Below, one piece after another: positions 40,957 through 54,800 of a DNA stretch of 64,000 bases. Source of the stretch: Eledone cirrhosa (taxonomy: Eukaryota). Each line of letters begins with the position of its first letter. Position 1 is the first letter of the stretch. The stretch is from positions 307,458,001 through 307,522,000 of the forward strand of contig OZ024743.1 of the NCBI GenBank assembly GCA_964016885.1, given 5' to 3'. The notes under the pieces are model-generated. The model made no database searches, was not told the origin of the DNA, and worked only from the letters and a program-made list of their open reading frames with translations. Position numbers and translations under genes: made by a program.

Positions 40957-41077
40957 CTGTTCATTTTCCTGACATTTGAACATTATTCTATGTATATACG
41001 TGCACCTTTGATGAGTTGTAGTGCACCTGAGCACTGTACACAATAATTTCATTATTATTATTATTATTATTATTATT
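40957..41077 (+). mobile_element. 3' end of another retroelement with (ATT)9 tail
   Basis: GTGCACCTGAGCACTGTACACAATAATTTC(ATT)n; family not assignable from this window. Confidence 0.45.
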
Positions 41078-44000
41078 GAATGCCATGGTTGACGGAGGCT
41101 CGGCTCTGTAAGTTATTGTAATTTTTAACTGTTATAACAATTGTAAATTGTTTAAAACTTGAACCAAATTGTAGATAAAGACACCCTCCTCCTCGTGAGA
41201 GGGGTCTTTCTGCCCGTTATTTGGCCCTTCGGGGTTAAATAACCAGTTATTGGGGATTTGTGGCCAATATTCATTTTAAACCGTAAAAGAACATGGCTAC
41301 AAAAAAGAATTTTCACAAGTCACTCCCACTCCTTCCGTCTTCTTCTTCCCCAATCGTCATTACGTCAGAGAAAAGATTGTCTCTCTCTTCCCTTCTCTAA
41401 ATGTGGTGTCACCTCTGTCACCTCTTTCGCAAGCAATGCCATTAAAGAAAAATAAAAATGTAGTTTCTCGTAGCGTTCTTCACCAAGAGAACGCTCATAC
41501 CGTGGAACATTTCTCCACGACGACGACAACAACAAAAGATGTGTGCGGTAAATACGGAAAGACATTTCATTCGTTTGACGTCATGAAGAATAGCAGCAGC
41601 AGCTGTAATAACAGCAACAGTGGCGAGGAAAATACTAGTAGCATCAGCAACAGCATAAACAACAGCAGCAGCAGCAACAGCAACAACAACAACAGCAACA
41701 GCAGCAACAGCAACAACAACAGCAGCGGCAGTTGTAGTACCAGCAGCAACAACAAAAGTAACAGCACTCTGATGACAACAACAACAACAACAAGAAAGAA
41801 AAACTAATCTCGTTTGCAGGTATCGCAAAGAACCTAGGAACCATCCTTATAAGAAATGAGGAATTACAGGAAGCAAGGAAGATGGTGACGAAAACCGGAC
41901 ACCGAGCAATCTGCAAGGCAGCTGAAGAATTTTTCAAAACCCAACAGCACTGTACGGTCACGTACCGTACAGTAAGCACAAAATCACGTAGGGTTGAAAG
42001 AGCCACAGAGGCCTCAAATACAAAAAGCCTTAGGGTCTGTGTGGCAGCGGAAAACGCATATCACCCGAGGCAAGAAATATGCCAATGTGGATGTGCTTTT
42101 TGCCACACCCCAGGATGCAAAGGCTCAATCCTTAGTAACCCAAAGGAGCAAGGAAATGGTATTGGTGCCCTCCTACTGTGAGCAAAAAATTGTGAGGGTC
42201 AAACTGACCCAAGTCCCCCTCGGGGTGGCCCCTTCTTGGCTGGCCGCGTCTGTCCTCGTCGGAATTGAGGACAAAACAACTGTACTGCAAGTACAGAAAA
42301 AAGTACGAGAAGATTGGGTCGGCACCTCCATTGAGATTTTAATTCAAACCAACCAGGAGTGCATCAAAGCTATCCCGGATGTGATAGACTTCGATAACGG
42401 CACTCAACTTCCCATAAGTGTTGAGGGCAAACGCCCGAAATGCTTTCGCTGTGGGTCGAAAACTCACCTCAGGGCCTTCTGCAATGAGAAGACCCTGATA
42501 AAGGAGAAAACCCCTCTCCTTCCAAAACCGGCTCCACTGCTACCAGCAACAGGACAGGCGGCAAGCAGGAAGGATAGGTCCGTGGCACCCCTACCCACGC
42601 CACGGAAATCAAGAACAGCAGCAGTGGAAGTATTAACAACAACAACACTAATACCAACTGCAGCTGCAACAGAGACTCCACTGCAACCATCACCAACAAG
42701 AACAAGTGAGAGTGGAGCTGGTACCCCTCCCCGACCTCACAGAATTGGACATGGAGTGTGAGATGGGAGAGGGATGGCAAAAGGTCGCAAGAAGGCACAA
42801 ACGCAGAAGCAGCACATCGTCATCTTCGAAAAGGGAGGGAAGAAATTAAAAAAGGGTGAAGTCTACTGCAAAGAGACTTACAGTAGCAACACCACCAACA
42901 CCATCACCACCCACACTAGCACTACCATCACCACTGGTGGCAACCCCACCGCCAACAACAACAATACCTTCAACAACACCACCACAAGCACCAACATCGC
43001 AAACACAACAAAACACACACACCCAGCAACAACGACAAGAAACTAGCAGAACCACACCCACCCCCAGAAAAAGAAATACACAGCAATAAATACACACAAC
43101 AAGACACTAATGACTTACATAATTGAACACACAGACATTTCACAGCACAACTACATAATACCAGCACCAATCAAAAACCAACGAACATAAGACTGGTAAG
43201 AATAGCACAGAAACAATACACAAACATTAAAATGAAATTCCCCAACGCAGTTGGTGATTTCAGAGACCTAGGAGGGACACTCAACCGGAGAGTATACTGG
43301 GATATACTCACAGAAGAGCCGACGACCAGCCGAAGGGACGATTCAATGGTCCCTCCACCAGACGATCAAGGTAGTGATCCTTTCTCACTTGCCCCGTTTC
43401 CTCACCCAACATGGCCGTATTCAGGATCGGAAGTGGAAACGTGCGTGACTTGAGCTTGGTTTGGAAGCAGGGTCACTTGCTTAACGACCTCAGGTCACTA
43501 AACATAGATGTGGTGGCCATCAGCGAGACGAGAATCTCCAAAACACAAGCTTTCGCACCGATCTTCGACGGTTACGAGGTGTACGCATCTCCGAGCCGCC
43601 CGGGAGCGGCGGGGGCGGAGGAGGCTGTGTTGTTTCGGAAAGGCTTGGGTCTCGCCATACGGACCATCTTCCTGGATCCAGAAGGTAAGTCGGTGGTGCT
43701 GGACGTTAGCAACGCTTTCAGGCTAGTAGCCGTCTATGCCCAGACAGGGACAGGATGGCCAGATTTCTTCAGACATCTAGAGACCTTTCTTAGTGTTATT
43801 GGGCAACTGGAATGGTATCTTGGATTCACGCTGGGATTGATAGGGGAGGAGGGTGCAAGAGCCTCACCAACCTGCTCAGATGTTTTGAACTGTCTGAGAG
43901 GTATCAACTGGATCAACCGAATGTGGACATGGACAAACCGCATTGGGTCACCCAGATCGTAACTCGATAGAGTATTCTGCATAGAACTAGCTAAGGCTAG

Positions 44001-45740
44001 TATAAGTTGTCCACAATTTAAAATAGTCGACTACACAGACCACAAATATGTGATCTGTGAGATTGACATAGACAGACTTCATAGACAAGGACCTGGTTAC
44101 TGGAAGATAAACGCATCTTTCCCGGCGCGCAAAGCCTAGAGAGACCGGATTAGCGTATTAGTTAAGCGGGCGTTGACGGGAGCGGTCGTCAACAACAGGT
44201 GGTGGTTCGCCCTGAAAAGGGCAATTAAAGTAGAGTCGATTAGGTTTAGCAAAGGACTAGTGATAGACAAATTAGAGTAGAGGGAGAGCTAGTCAGATGG
44301 AGAAAAACTAGAGCGAGGGGACAAGCAAGGTGGCCTCCCTCACCCAGAAATTGGCTGAGAGGAAGGTGCCCCTGAAAGGCCGGGCGGAGGTGGCGAATGC
44401 GTACATCGCATCCGTCATCTGCTACCGCCTCACTGTCGTGCCTTGCCCCACCCAACTCTCACCAAAATGGAGCGCCTTCTCTTCCGCTTTTTGTGGAAGG
44501 GACGCGCTCCCATGGTCAGACGATCCAGCTGCCGTCAACACCCATTGCGTGGAGGACTGGGCATGCCATGGCTGATGATGCGCAAACATGCGCGGAGGCT
44601 GCGACATCCCTGGTGCTTTCGTGATGGTGAACAGGTGTGGTCACCGTTCGCCAGGCACGTTTTCCCACAGCTCGTCTCCTTGACGGAGCTACAGTCCTGG
44701 GTCAGGAAAAGACTGAGGGATAGCGCTTGGAAACTGGAATGTCTCCAGGCGCTCACTGCCCTCTGCCAGCTGGGCACCAGTATCGGTGGAACATCTACCT
44801 CGGCGTTCTATAGAGGACTAGGGGAGCGGAAGAGCGACGACGTTCTCGGAGAGATCCTGGGCGTCGAAGAAGATCAGCTGTTTGCTCTCTTCCGGAGAAT
44901 TTTCAGCCCAGGGCCTATGGATAACTTCCAAAAATCCCTGGGCTGGCAGTGCTACCAGGGAGCATTGCTGGTTCGAGATAAGCTCTACAGGCATGGAAGT
45001 GTCGTCAGCTGAGCCTGTTTGAGATGCGCGCAGAGCGACGAAACCGTCGTGCACGCACTCGTTCAGAGCTGACTTGTGGAGCTATGTCGAACAGTTGCTG
45101 TCGCGTGTAGGACTGATCCAGTTATCAACTGAGTCCATTGTGCAGATGGTCTCACCGTCTTCCTTCGAGGAGGAAGGGCAGGCAGTTTTCATCTGCCTGG
45201 TGGCAATGGCAAAAGAGATTGTGTGGTGGACAAGGTTGAAAGGGTTAAAGACAGATACTTTCCTCTTCGGCGAATCCCTAATTAACTTTTTCAAGTTTCA
45301 CTTGAAGAGGAAAATCAGGGTGGAGAGGCAAGTGCTGCCTTCTAGCAAGTTTGTTGAAAGGTGTGTGAATGTAGCGAGAATGGTCCAAGTGAACGGGACC
45401 GCTCTGAATATACGCCTGTAGTTTGAGAAATGGAAAAATTGAGAGAGGGTGCTTGCCCTGGTGGTCAGGGTGGCCGTGGTCTTTTGTGTGGTTTTCGCCA
45501 CGACTAACCCTCTGAGTTTTCCCCCCTATTGGGGAATTTTTCATTGTTTCAATTTTCATTTTTATTGTTTATATATATATATATGTTTCCAAGTCTTTTT
45601 TTTCTTTTCTTATATAAATAATAAAAATCCTTACATGCACAAAACCCACATCGTACCGTCCTGTGCTGTCTGTAATGTTTTTCTTGGTGTCAGCCCTTGT
45701 GGCCAATAAAGAAATCATTATTATTATTATTATTATTATT
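41078..45740 (+). mobile_element. Tx1-like copy 3 (5' type B), RT domain deleted
   Basis: ORF1 CFRCGSKTHLRAFC; APE from 43411; deletion junction ~44296; tail CCCTTGTGGCCAATAAAGAAATC(ATT)n. Confidence 0.9.
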
Positions 45741-48700
45741 GTGTCTGAAAGGACGTCTTTTTGCTCGCTCCCGTAAGTTTATTTATTTACCTGTTAAAAC
45801 TTATTTATTGAATTTTTTTGTTGTGTAAGGCAGTAAGGCATACAAGCCATTGGACTTTGCCCTGTGAAGGGGTAAGAATAATATTTGAGCCTTTTGGCCC
45901 AAATATTTGAAATCTTTTACATTTTAAAAAAATTATCGAAAAAAAAAAAAAAATGGCTGAGCCACGCCCCCCAGCGATATGTCTACTGTCGTGCGACAAC
46001 GACGTAAAAGTTGAAAGGAGCCCCCTATGGCGAAATTAACAGAAATTGATACAACAAACACCACCAAAAACAATGTGAATAAAGACAGCAAAGATAACAA
46101 CACTGAGAACTCTAATTTTGAAAAAATGACAGTAACAGCGATGACGAAAATACAGATAACAAAAAAAATGACAAATGCAACAACAATATCAACACCACTA
46201 ACATGAAAACAAATAGCGACAACACCAACAGCAACAATACCAACTGCACCGAGAACAACGGCGACACCAAAGACAACAATGATAACAGCGATAGTGATAA
46301 CAACAACACCCCCAACGACAACAAGAAGAACACTTTCGCAGCGGCAGCAGCAAAAAAGAGGCCATGCTTCAACATGGACCTCTCAAACAAAGATGAAAAG
46401 TTGGCCCAGGCCTGGAAGCTCATCAAGCAAGAGCAAATCTGGGCCAACTTAACTGTCACGGTAGAAGCTATTGGGGCAGTGGAGCGCAGAACAGTGCATT
46501 ATAGATGCATCTCAGCACAAACCAAAAGCTTTAATTCCACAAGCAGATATCGAAGTGGCACTGAGGTGCATCAGAGAAGACACCGAATACATAGCGAGTG
46601 GCAGACAGTATGGCACCATTTCGGTGCTGTTCAAGTCAGAAGCCCTCGCTATGAAACATGTTATGACTCCTTGCAAAACCAGCAAGGTCATAATGTACCC
46701 CTCCCACATGGGAAAAAGAATCCCACCAGGACTTGATATGTGGTGGCTTCTAGGATGTGTGATTGTGGAGGGGACGGATACCGTCCCGATAGAAGTGACA
46801 AGAACGGCCAGAGAGGACTGGTCCAGGGTTGACCTGGAGATACTTCACCAGATCAGGCCGGAGAATGTGAAGACAATCCCGGACCACATCCGCCTTCAGA
46901 ATGGGACAGTCATTCATATTATGACCGAGGGCAAAAGGCCGCATTGTTTTGTTTGTGGGGAAAAAAACCCATTTGCGAACCTTCTGCCTTCAACTGCTGA
47001 AAGATGCAAGAGGTCGAAGGGCTCCACTGCTGCCGACGCTGGGGCGAAGACCACAACCAATACCAGCACCAGCAAAACCACCAACAACAACACTAATAGA
47101 AAAATAGAAAGGAGGGGGAGTTGGTAGATAAGTTAGATAAGGCTATTGGTAGTGGCATTGCAACTGACGTGCTAGCAGCGAGAATGGCATTAGACCATTT
47201 CTTCAATGCAAAACACAAAGGTTGCAATGTCAGAACTAAGGCGCGTACTCTGAGAAACGAGGGAACCAAAGCTGTTCGATGGGCCCGCGTGGCAGAGGCG
47301 CAGCGTGGTAATAAAACCACGATTCGGTCTTTGACAGACACGAGCTGAGCGATTGAAAGTGGATGTGTGAGGCCTTTCGCCAACATTTTGCTTGGTTGTT
47401 CAGGGGAAGTGGCGGGTCAGAGATGGTGGCGGACTTCAGTCCCTATCTCGATGGCTTGCCGCAATTCTCGACGGCCGACACTGGGCGCTACGAAAGGCAG
47501 ATTACTTCAGCCGCAATTCAGGATGCCCCTGTCGGCTGCATGAGGCACAAGTCACCCAGTTTCGATTGTCTGCCCTACGAGCTTTACGTAAATATGCCAG
47601 ACTTGTTCTCCGATCTCCTCGAAGCACTCTACTGCAACTGGCAGCAGAACGGGAGTACTCCCAGTTCTGTGAGCCGGGCGTAGTGACTCTGATAAGGAAA
47701 GACGAGAACAAGAGGGATACATTAGACAATTTCAGGCCCATAACTCTGCTCAACACAGTTTAAGATTTTGGCCAGGGTGTTAGCGAAGAGATTGGCGTTT
47801 GTCGTGGGGGATTTGGTTGGGGAGGCGTAAATTTGCGCAATCCCAACCAGGTCCATACACGACAACCTCCACCTAATGCGATACATCATAGAGAGGGTAG
47901 GGTGTAAACCTGGCTTGGGTGAGGCTCTGATCAATTTAGATCAATCGAAAGCATTCAATAGGGTCGACCATCGGTACCTGGAGGATGTCCTCAAGGCGGC
48001 TGGCTTCGCCCCATCTTCAGAAGCTGGATGGCTGCAATGCACAGCGGCACCTGCCCAGGGGTCAAAATTAATGGCTACCTCTCGGGACCGTTTCAGGTCT
48101 CCCGATCGGTCCGTCAAGGGTGCCTTCTCTCCTCCCTTCTTTACGTGTTGACTGGTGAGGCGATCCATCTGCTGCCAGCACCCTCTACGTGGAGAGCTGG
48201 GCATGCCGTGGCTAATGATGTGCAGACACGCGCTGAGGCTGCGACATCTCCAGATATTCTGCCTAAACGGTGAACAGGTATGGTCGCCGTTTGTCAGACA
48301 GGCCTTTCCACAGCTTGTCACTTTGACAGAGCTGCAGTCCTGGGTCAAGAAGAGACCAAGACTGGGTGACTGGCATCTGGAATGTTGCCAGGCACTCACT
48401 GCTCTCTACCAGGCAGGCAATGCGGTTAATGGAACTTCCACTCTCGAGTTCTATAGAGGATTAGTGGTGGGCAAGTGCGACGACGCACTCGGAGAGGCTC
48501 TGGGAGTCAACGAAGTTGAACTAACCAGTCTGTACTGGAGGACTTTCGAGCCGGGGATGTTGGATAATTTCCAAAAATCCCTAGCTTGGCAGTGCTACCG
48601 GGGGGCACTGCCGGTTCGAGATAAACTCTACAGGCACGGAAGTGCTGTCAGACGGACCTGCCCGAGATGCGTGCAGAGCGACGAAACCATTCTGCACGCA

Positions 48701-49311
48701 CTCATCCAGTGTCCGTGCATTACTGACTTGTGGAGTTATGTCGAACAGCTGTTGTCGCGTGTAGAATGGATCCGGCTATCGGCCGAGTCCATAGTGAAGA
48801 TCGACCCGCCGCCTTCTTTTGGCCAGGAAGGGCAGGCAATTTTCCTCTGCCTGGTGGCAGTAGCGAAAGAGGTTGTATGGTGGACGAGGTTGAAAGGACT
48901 GAAGACAGACACTTTTCTCTTCGGCCAATCCCTCATCAACTTTTTCAAGTTTCAAGGTGAGGGTGAAGAGAGAAGTGCTGCCCCCCAGTACATTTGCTGA
49001 AAGGTGGGTGAATGTGGCGAGAATGGCCCGTGTGAGTGGGCCTACTCTGGTCATGTGCCTGTAGGTGAGTAAATTTGAGGAGGAGAGGGGTGCCCTTCCA
49101 GGGTGTTCTCGAAGCGCCGGGTCATTCAGGATTGGTGGGGTACCTGAGCGAACCCTGGGTGATCATCCCCCCTATTGGGGAATTTTTCTTGTTATTCATA
49201 TTGTTTACTCGATTTTTCTGTAAAACCCTACTGTCCCAGTCTTTTGTATTGTCCCCTATATGTTGGCCCTTGTGGTTAATAAATGAAATCATTATTATTA
49301 TTATCATTATT
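45741..49311 (+). mobile_element. Tx1-like copy 4 (5' type C), APE and part of RT deleted
   Basis: Divergent ORF1 (TFAAAA, RPHCFVCGEK); deletion junctions ~47095 and ~48155; C-terminal CPRC...ETILHALIQC; (ATT)n tail. Confidence 0.88.
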
Positions 49312-49881
49312 GAAGGTGAAGCCACGCTTCTTATCACCTCCAGATTTTTTCAAAAGTATACCTCGTTTTCAACCGTTCTAAACCTTTTATTCAAGTTTTA
49401 AACTTGATAGAAGTTTAGAAGAAATGACCCACCTAATACAGGGGTTCACTCGTAAATAATACGGCACCCCTTTACGGGGTGTCGTTTTGTGTAAAAATAT
49501 TATTTGAAAAAACAAATTTCTTTCAACATGTATAACACAAGAAAGAGAGAGAGCACCGTCAGACAACACAGAGAGAGGGAGGCTTGTCAACATATCAACA
49601 AGACAGCGTTCTAGCGAAGGTAAATTTAAAAGAAAATATTACGAAGGAAAAGAGGAACAATATCATTTTAATGATATTGTTACAGATTTAAAATTACCAA
49701 ATATTTCTAACACAAACACCAGCAATAACACCAACAACACCATCAATAACAACAACAACAAAAATAACAGCATTAAGGACGAGAACGACAATAACAATGA
49801 CAACAGCCACAACAACAATAATAGTAGGAACAGTATCAACAAAAACAACAATAATAACAACAGCCATAACAGCAACAGTAT

Positions 49882-51857
49882 TATAGCGAAGATACTGGGT
49901 TGTATGAATGTAACAAAGAGACATGGTTTGTGTGTATAATATTTAATTAATAATTATGGATATATATAGAACAGTATAGTTGTCATGTCAAAGTAATAGA
50001 TGATAGAATGAAGCAAAGTTAGTAGTTACCGTTTTGATTGCCAGGCAAACGCGAGACGCCTGGCGAAGGCCAGGCGCCGGAAGGGCAAATGAGAGGGAGA
50101 GAGCCGAGAGCTATTCGTTTTATAGGGCTCTGCCGGAAGTTACAGAAAGGGTTCTACTTCCCGTCTAGATGCTGTTAATCTATTGGGGTTGTGAGTCACA
50201 ACAAGGGAGACAACCGCTACATAACCTCCCGCCAGAATTTTAGAATGTAAAAATCGCATGAAATATGTAGCAAGTTGGCGAGAATGTTGTAACAGGCATG
50301 AAAATTACGACAAAAGAATGTTTGCAAAAATCAATGATAGATATCAAGGTAGCCAACCGCTATTGGCCAGAGAACGACTGGACATCTATCTATCCATCAC
50401 CCAAAGATAGAATGTAATAAAGTAAGAGAAGAGCTCAAAGTTCAAATGTACAAAATATAGTTCACAGGTGTGCAATCACATGGCAGCAGGAAAGAAAGTG
50501 TGTTCCAGAGAAGGAATGCAGGTGGTTTCTGTTCTGTGTTATATCGTGAAATTTCCAACCTCCGAATGGATTTTCTCACAGGAAGAGTGCTGCAAAAATA
50601 AATTCTCTGGCTTGTTCTGCTGGTTTTGGTTGTTGGTGAAGCTGTGTTGCTGTCTCGCGGAGTGAGCGTATTCGGTGTTTAAATTCACAGTAAAAAAATT
50701 TTTTCAGAAAAAATGAGTTGCGCAAAGTGCTAGAAATAACAGCCGAAGTTGATGGTCGATGTTGAGAATGCGTTGACCTGGAAGGGTCAAGAGGCCAGCG
50801 ACCAAAGAAATAAGCATTCTGAATAAATGCACAGTTTTCAACGGCAAATTCACGTGGTAAATTTTTAAACCGGCAAATAGGAGAATATAGCTTAAGGCTG
50901 AAGAATCCTTGGCGAGAAACGTTATCTCTGGCGTGCGGCTATCTCTGTGAGTCGAGATATCTCCGTGAGTTGAGAATTTGTGCTGCCTACACGTGCCAAT
51001 ACAAGGATAAGTTAGGTTGAAAAAATAATATTTCTAACGCGCGAGAAAATGATAGTGCAAGTGTGAAAGTGACAATGATGAAAAAGAAAGGCTTCACTCG
51101 GCATAATTATTGGTGAACTTTTGGAAAAAAAAAAAAAAACTTGAACGATGAAGAAAACGATGAAAAAAAAATGTTCCTGTTGAAATGTTTTTTAAAGAAT
51201 ATCAAATTTCTTTTTTTTTTTTTTTTTTTTTTTGAAAGTGTTCGTTGTAAGAAACAAGAAACATATATATATATATATCGTGAAATGTGAGTTAGTTGAT
51301 GCGTGAGAGAAAAAGTCTGTCTGTGCGAAAATTTCACATGTGCGTGGTGTGTTCGTTTCTTTTACTGAGTATTTTCATAGTTTGTCAATAAATTTGCTGT
51401 GTATTCGTAATGTTACTCACACAACTCCAGAATCTGCTATTTTTTTCTTTTTTCGGGGTGACCACTTATAGCGATGAACGGCTGCGTGTTCGTATCACGT
51501 CAGGGTTACCAATATAGCGAATGGTGTGGGTACTGGGTTGTATGAATGTAACAAAGAGACATGGTTTGTGTGTATAATATTTAATTAATAATCATGGATA
51601 TATATAGAACAGTATAGTTGTCATGTCAAAGTAATAGATGATAGAATGAAGCAAAGTTAGTAGTTACCGTTTTGATTGCCAGGCAAACGCGAGACGCCTG
51701 GCGAAGGCCAGGCGCCGGAAGGGCAAATGAGAGGGAGAGCCGAGAGCTATTCGTTTTATAGGGCTCTGCCGGAAGTTACAGAAAGGGTTCTACTTCCCGT
51801 CTAGATGTTGTTAATCTATTGGGGTTGTGAGTCACAACAAGGGAGACAACCGCTACA
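49882..51857 (-). mobile_element. Non-autonomous Gypsy-type LTR element (~2 kb); LTRs 49882-50221 and 51513-51857
   Basis: Near-identical ~340-bp LTRs (minus strand TGTAGCG...CGCTATA), 4-bp TSD GTAT, PBS TGGTAACCCTGACGTGAT, PPT GGCGGGAGG, no long ORF. Confidence 0.9.
51494..51511 (-). promoter_or_regulatory. Primer binding site, tRNA-Trp type
   Basis: Plus strand ATCACGTCAGGGTTACCA vs tRNA-Trp 3' end ATCACGTCGGGGTCACCA (recalled sequence). Confidence 0.75.
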
Positions 51858-54800
51858 GTATCAACGAAAACAACAACAACAGTATCAACGAAAACAACAA
51901 CAACAACAGTTTCAACGAAAACAACAACAACAACAACTGTACCAACGAAAACATCAACAATGACATCGATACCTGTAACAGCGATCTCAGCACCACCAGC
52001 AAGACCGGTAGCGGCAACAATAGTGGTGCTGCTGAAAAAGGGGCCACTTCTTTTGCAGGTGTCACCCGAAATATCGAAACAGTGTTAGTCACAGAGGAGG
52101 AGATGGCGGTCGCAAGAGCCATGGTGACAAGAAGCACCAATAGAGTCTCCCTCAAACCTCCACTCGATTTTTTTCAAGGACCAGCAGCTACGGACGGTGA
52201 CTTACCGCATCGTAAGCAAAATCTCACATCAGGTGGAGAGAGCCACGGAGGCTCAAATCCAAAAGACCTTGGGGTGCGTCTGGGCACGCAAAACCCACAT
52301 CACCCGAGGCAGAAGGTACGCCACAGTAGACGTACTTTTCGCCACCCCCCAAGAAGTGAAGTCTCACTCTTTGGAAACCCTAAAGAGTGAGGAGATAGTC
52401 TTGGTGCCCTCCTACTGCGGGCAGAAAATTGTGAGGGTCAAAGTGACCCAGGTCCCACCCGACGTGCCCATACCTTAGCTGGCCACGTCTGTCCTTGCTG
52501 GAATCGAGGACAGGACGACCATGCTGCAAGTAGAGAAAATAGGGAGAGAGAACTAGGCAGGTATAGGCATGCAAATGCTTATACAAACTGACCAGGAATG
52601 TATCGACGCTATTCCCGATAACTTAGACATCGAGAAAGGACTCCAACTCCTTATAAGTGTAGAAAGAAGACGGCCAAAATGTTATCTCTGTGGGTCAAAG
52701 GGTCACCTCAAGGCCTTTTGCCCCCAGAAGACAGCGAAGAAGAAGGTCCCTCTCCTTCCAATACCTGGTCCGCTGCTACCAAGAGCAGGGCAGGCAACAA
52801 ACGCAGAAGCCCCTTCCACGGTGAGTAGGAGGGCAACGTCCGTGGCTCCCGTACCAAGGCCACGGACAACTAAAGCAGCAGCATCTGTGGCGGCAACACC
52901 AGTAGCTACATTTGCAGTAGTTGCACCAGGAACAAAATTGTCGGAGAGGGCTCTACTACCACAACCAACAGCCGTGGAGCATATACCCCTCCCAAACGCC
53001 ACGAAATCCGACATGGAGTTTGAGGCGGGAGTGAAGTGGCAAACGGTCTGCCACAAAATACAAAAAAGAAAAAACCCCTTAGATTCACCCTCCAAAAGCG
53101 AAGGCACACAAAGACGGGTAAAGACTGCAAGAAAACTTGCAGCAACACCACCACCCTCACCATCACAAGCACCACTGACAACAACAACCACACCACCAAA
53201 AACACCAACAACGCAAACAAAACACACACACCAAACAGCAACAAGAAGAAAACAGCAACAAAATCACCCCTCCCCACAAAAGGTACACAGCCATAAATAT
53301 GGCAAATAAAGATCTCATACAATATATAAAGCAGCACACAGACATCACAGAAAAAAACTACTACACCCCACCAACACCAAGAACTCTCCCGACAAACATA
53401 AGCATCATTGATGTCAAAATAGAACAGTACAAACTTTTAAAACAAAAATTCCCCAACGCGGTTGGGGACTTCAGAGGGTCGGTTACCAAGAGTATATACA
53501 CTGACATCCTCTTGGAAACACCCATGACCAGCCAAAGGGACGGTTCTACTGTCCCTGCACCACACGATCAAGGTAAGTGACCCTTTCTCACATCCAACAT
53601 GGCCGTACTCAGAATAGGCAGTATAAATGCACGTGGCCTGGGGTCATCTTGGAAGTAGGGTCACCTGCTCAACGACATCAGGTCACTAAACTAGATGTGG
53701 TGGCCATCAGCGAGACCAGAATCTTCGAAGCACGAGCCTTCGTACCGATCTTCGGCGGCTACGATGTATACGCATCTCCCCACCGTCCAGGATTGGGGGA
53801 GGGGTTGCCGCCCTTTTTCAGAGAGGCTTGGATCTCGCCTTACGGGCCATCTTCCTAGACCCAGAAGGTAAGTCGGTGGTGCTGGAGGTGACCGGCACCG
53901 AAGGCAACGCTTTCAAGCTAGTAGCCGTCTATGCCCCGACAGGGACAGGAAGCCCAGATTTCTTTAAACGTCTAGAGACCTTTCTTGGAACGTCCCGCTC
54001 TTTAGTGTTAGTGGGCGACTGGAACGGTATCTTGGATGCACGCTGGGATTGTGTGAGGCTAGTGGATAGGGGAGGAGGGTGAAAGAACCTCACCAATCTG
54101 CTCAGACGTTTTGAACTGTCTGACAGGTATCGACTGGATCACCCGAATGTGCCAATGTGGACATGGATAAACCGCATCGGGTCATCCAGATCGTATCTCG
54201 AGAGGGTATTCTGCAGAGAACTAGATAAGGCTAGTATAAGTTGTCCACAATTTAAAATAGTCGACTACACAGACCACAAATTTGTGATCTGTGAGATCGA
54301 CATAGACAGACTTCATAGACAAGGGCCCAGTTACTGGAAGCTGAACGCGTCTTTCCCGGTGCGCAAAGCCTACAGAGACCGGATTAGCGTATTAGTTAAG
54401 CGGCCGTTGACGGGAGCAGTCGTCAACAACAGGTGGTGTTCCGCCCTGAAAAGGGCAATTAAAGTAGAGTCGATTAGGTTTAGAAAAGGACTAGTGATAG
54501 AGGAAAATAGAGTAGAGGGAGAGCTAGTCAGAAAGCTAGAAGAGGCGTTAAGGACAGGCATCGCAACCAACGTGCTTGCGGCGAGATTGGCACTCGACCG
54601 ATTCTTCAACGCAAAACACGAAGGCAGCATTGTCAGAGCTAGAGCGCGTGCTCTGAAACACGAGGGGAGAAAAACCGTCCAATGGGCCCGGGTGGCAGAG
54701 ACGCGATGTGGAAATAAAGCCACAATTCGGTCTTTATCTGACCAAAACGGGCACATGTTGCTCGAACCCGAGCAGATGTGTGAAGTTTTTTAGCAGCACT

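Noticed and set aside
41178-41212. TCCTCGT loop suggesting an HDV-like ribozyme in the type B 5'UTR
   Set aside because: Folds as a simple hairpin; no P1/P2 pseudoknot or J4/2 could be assigned
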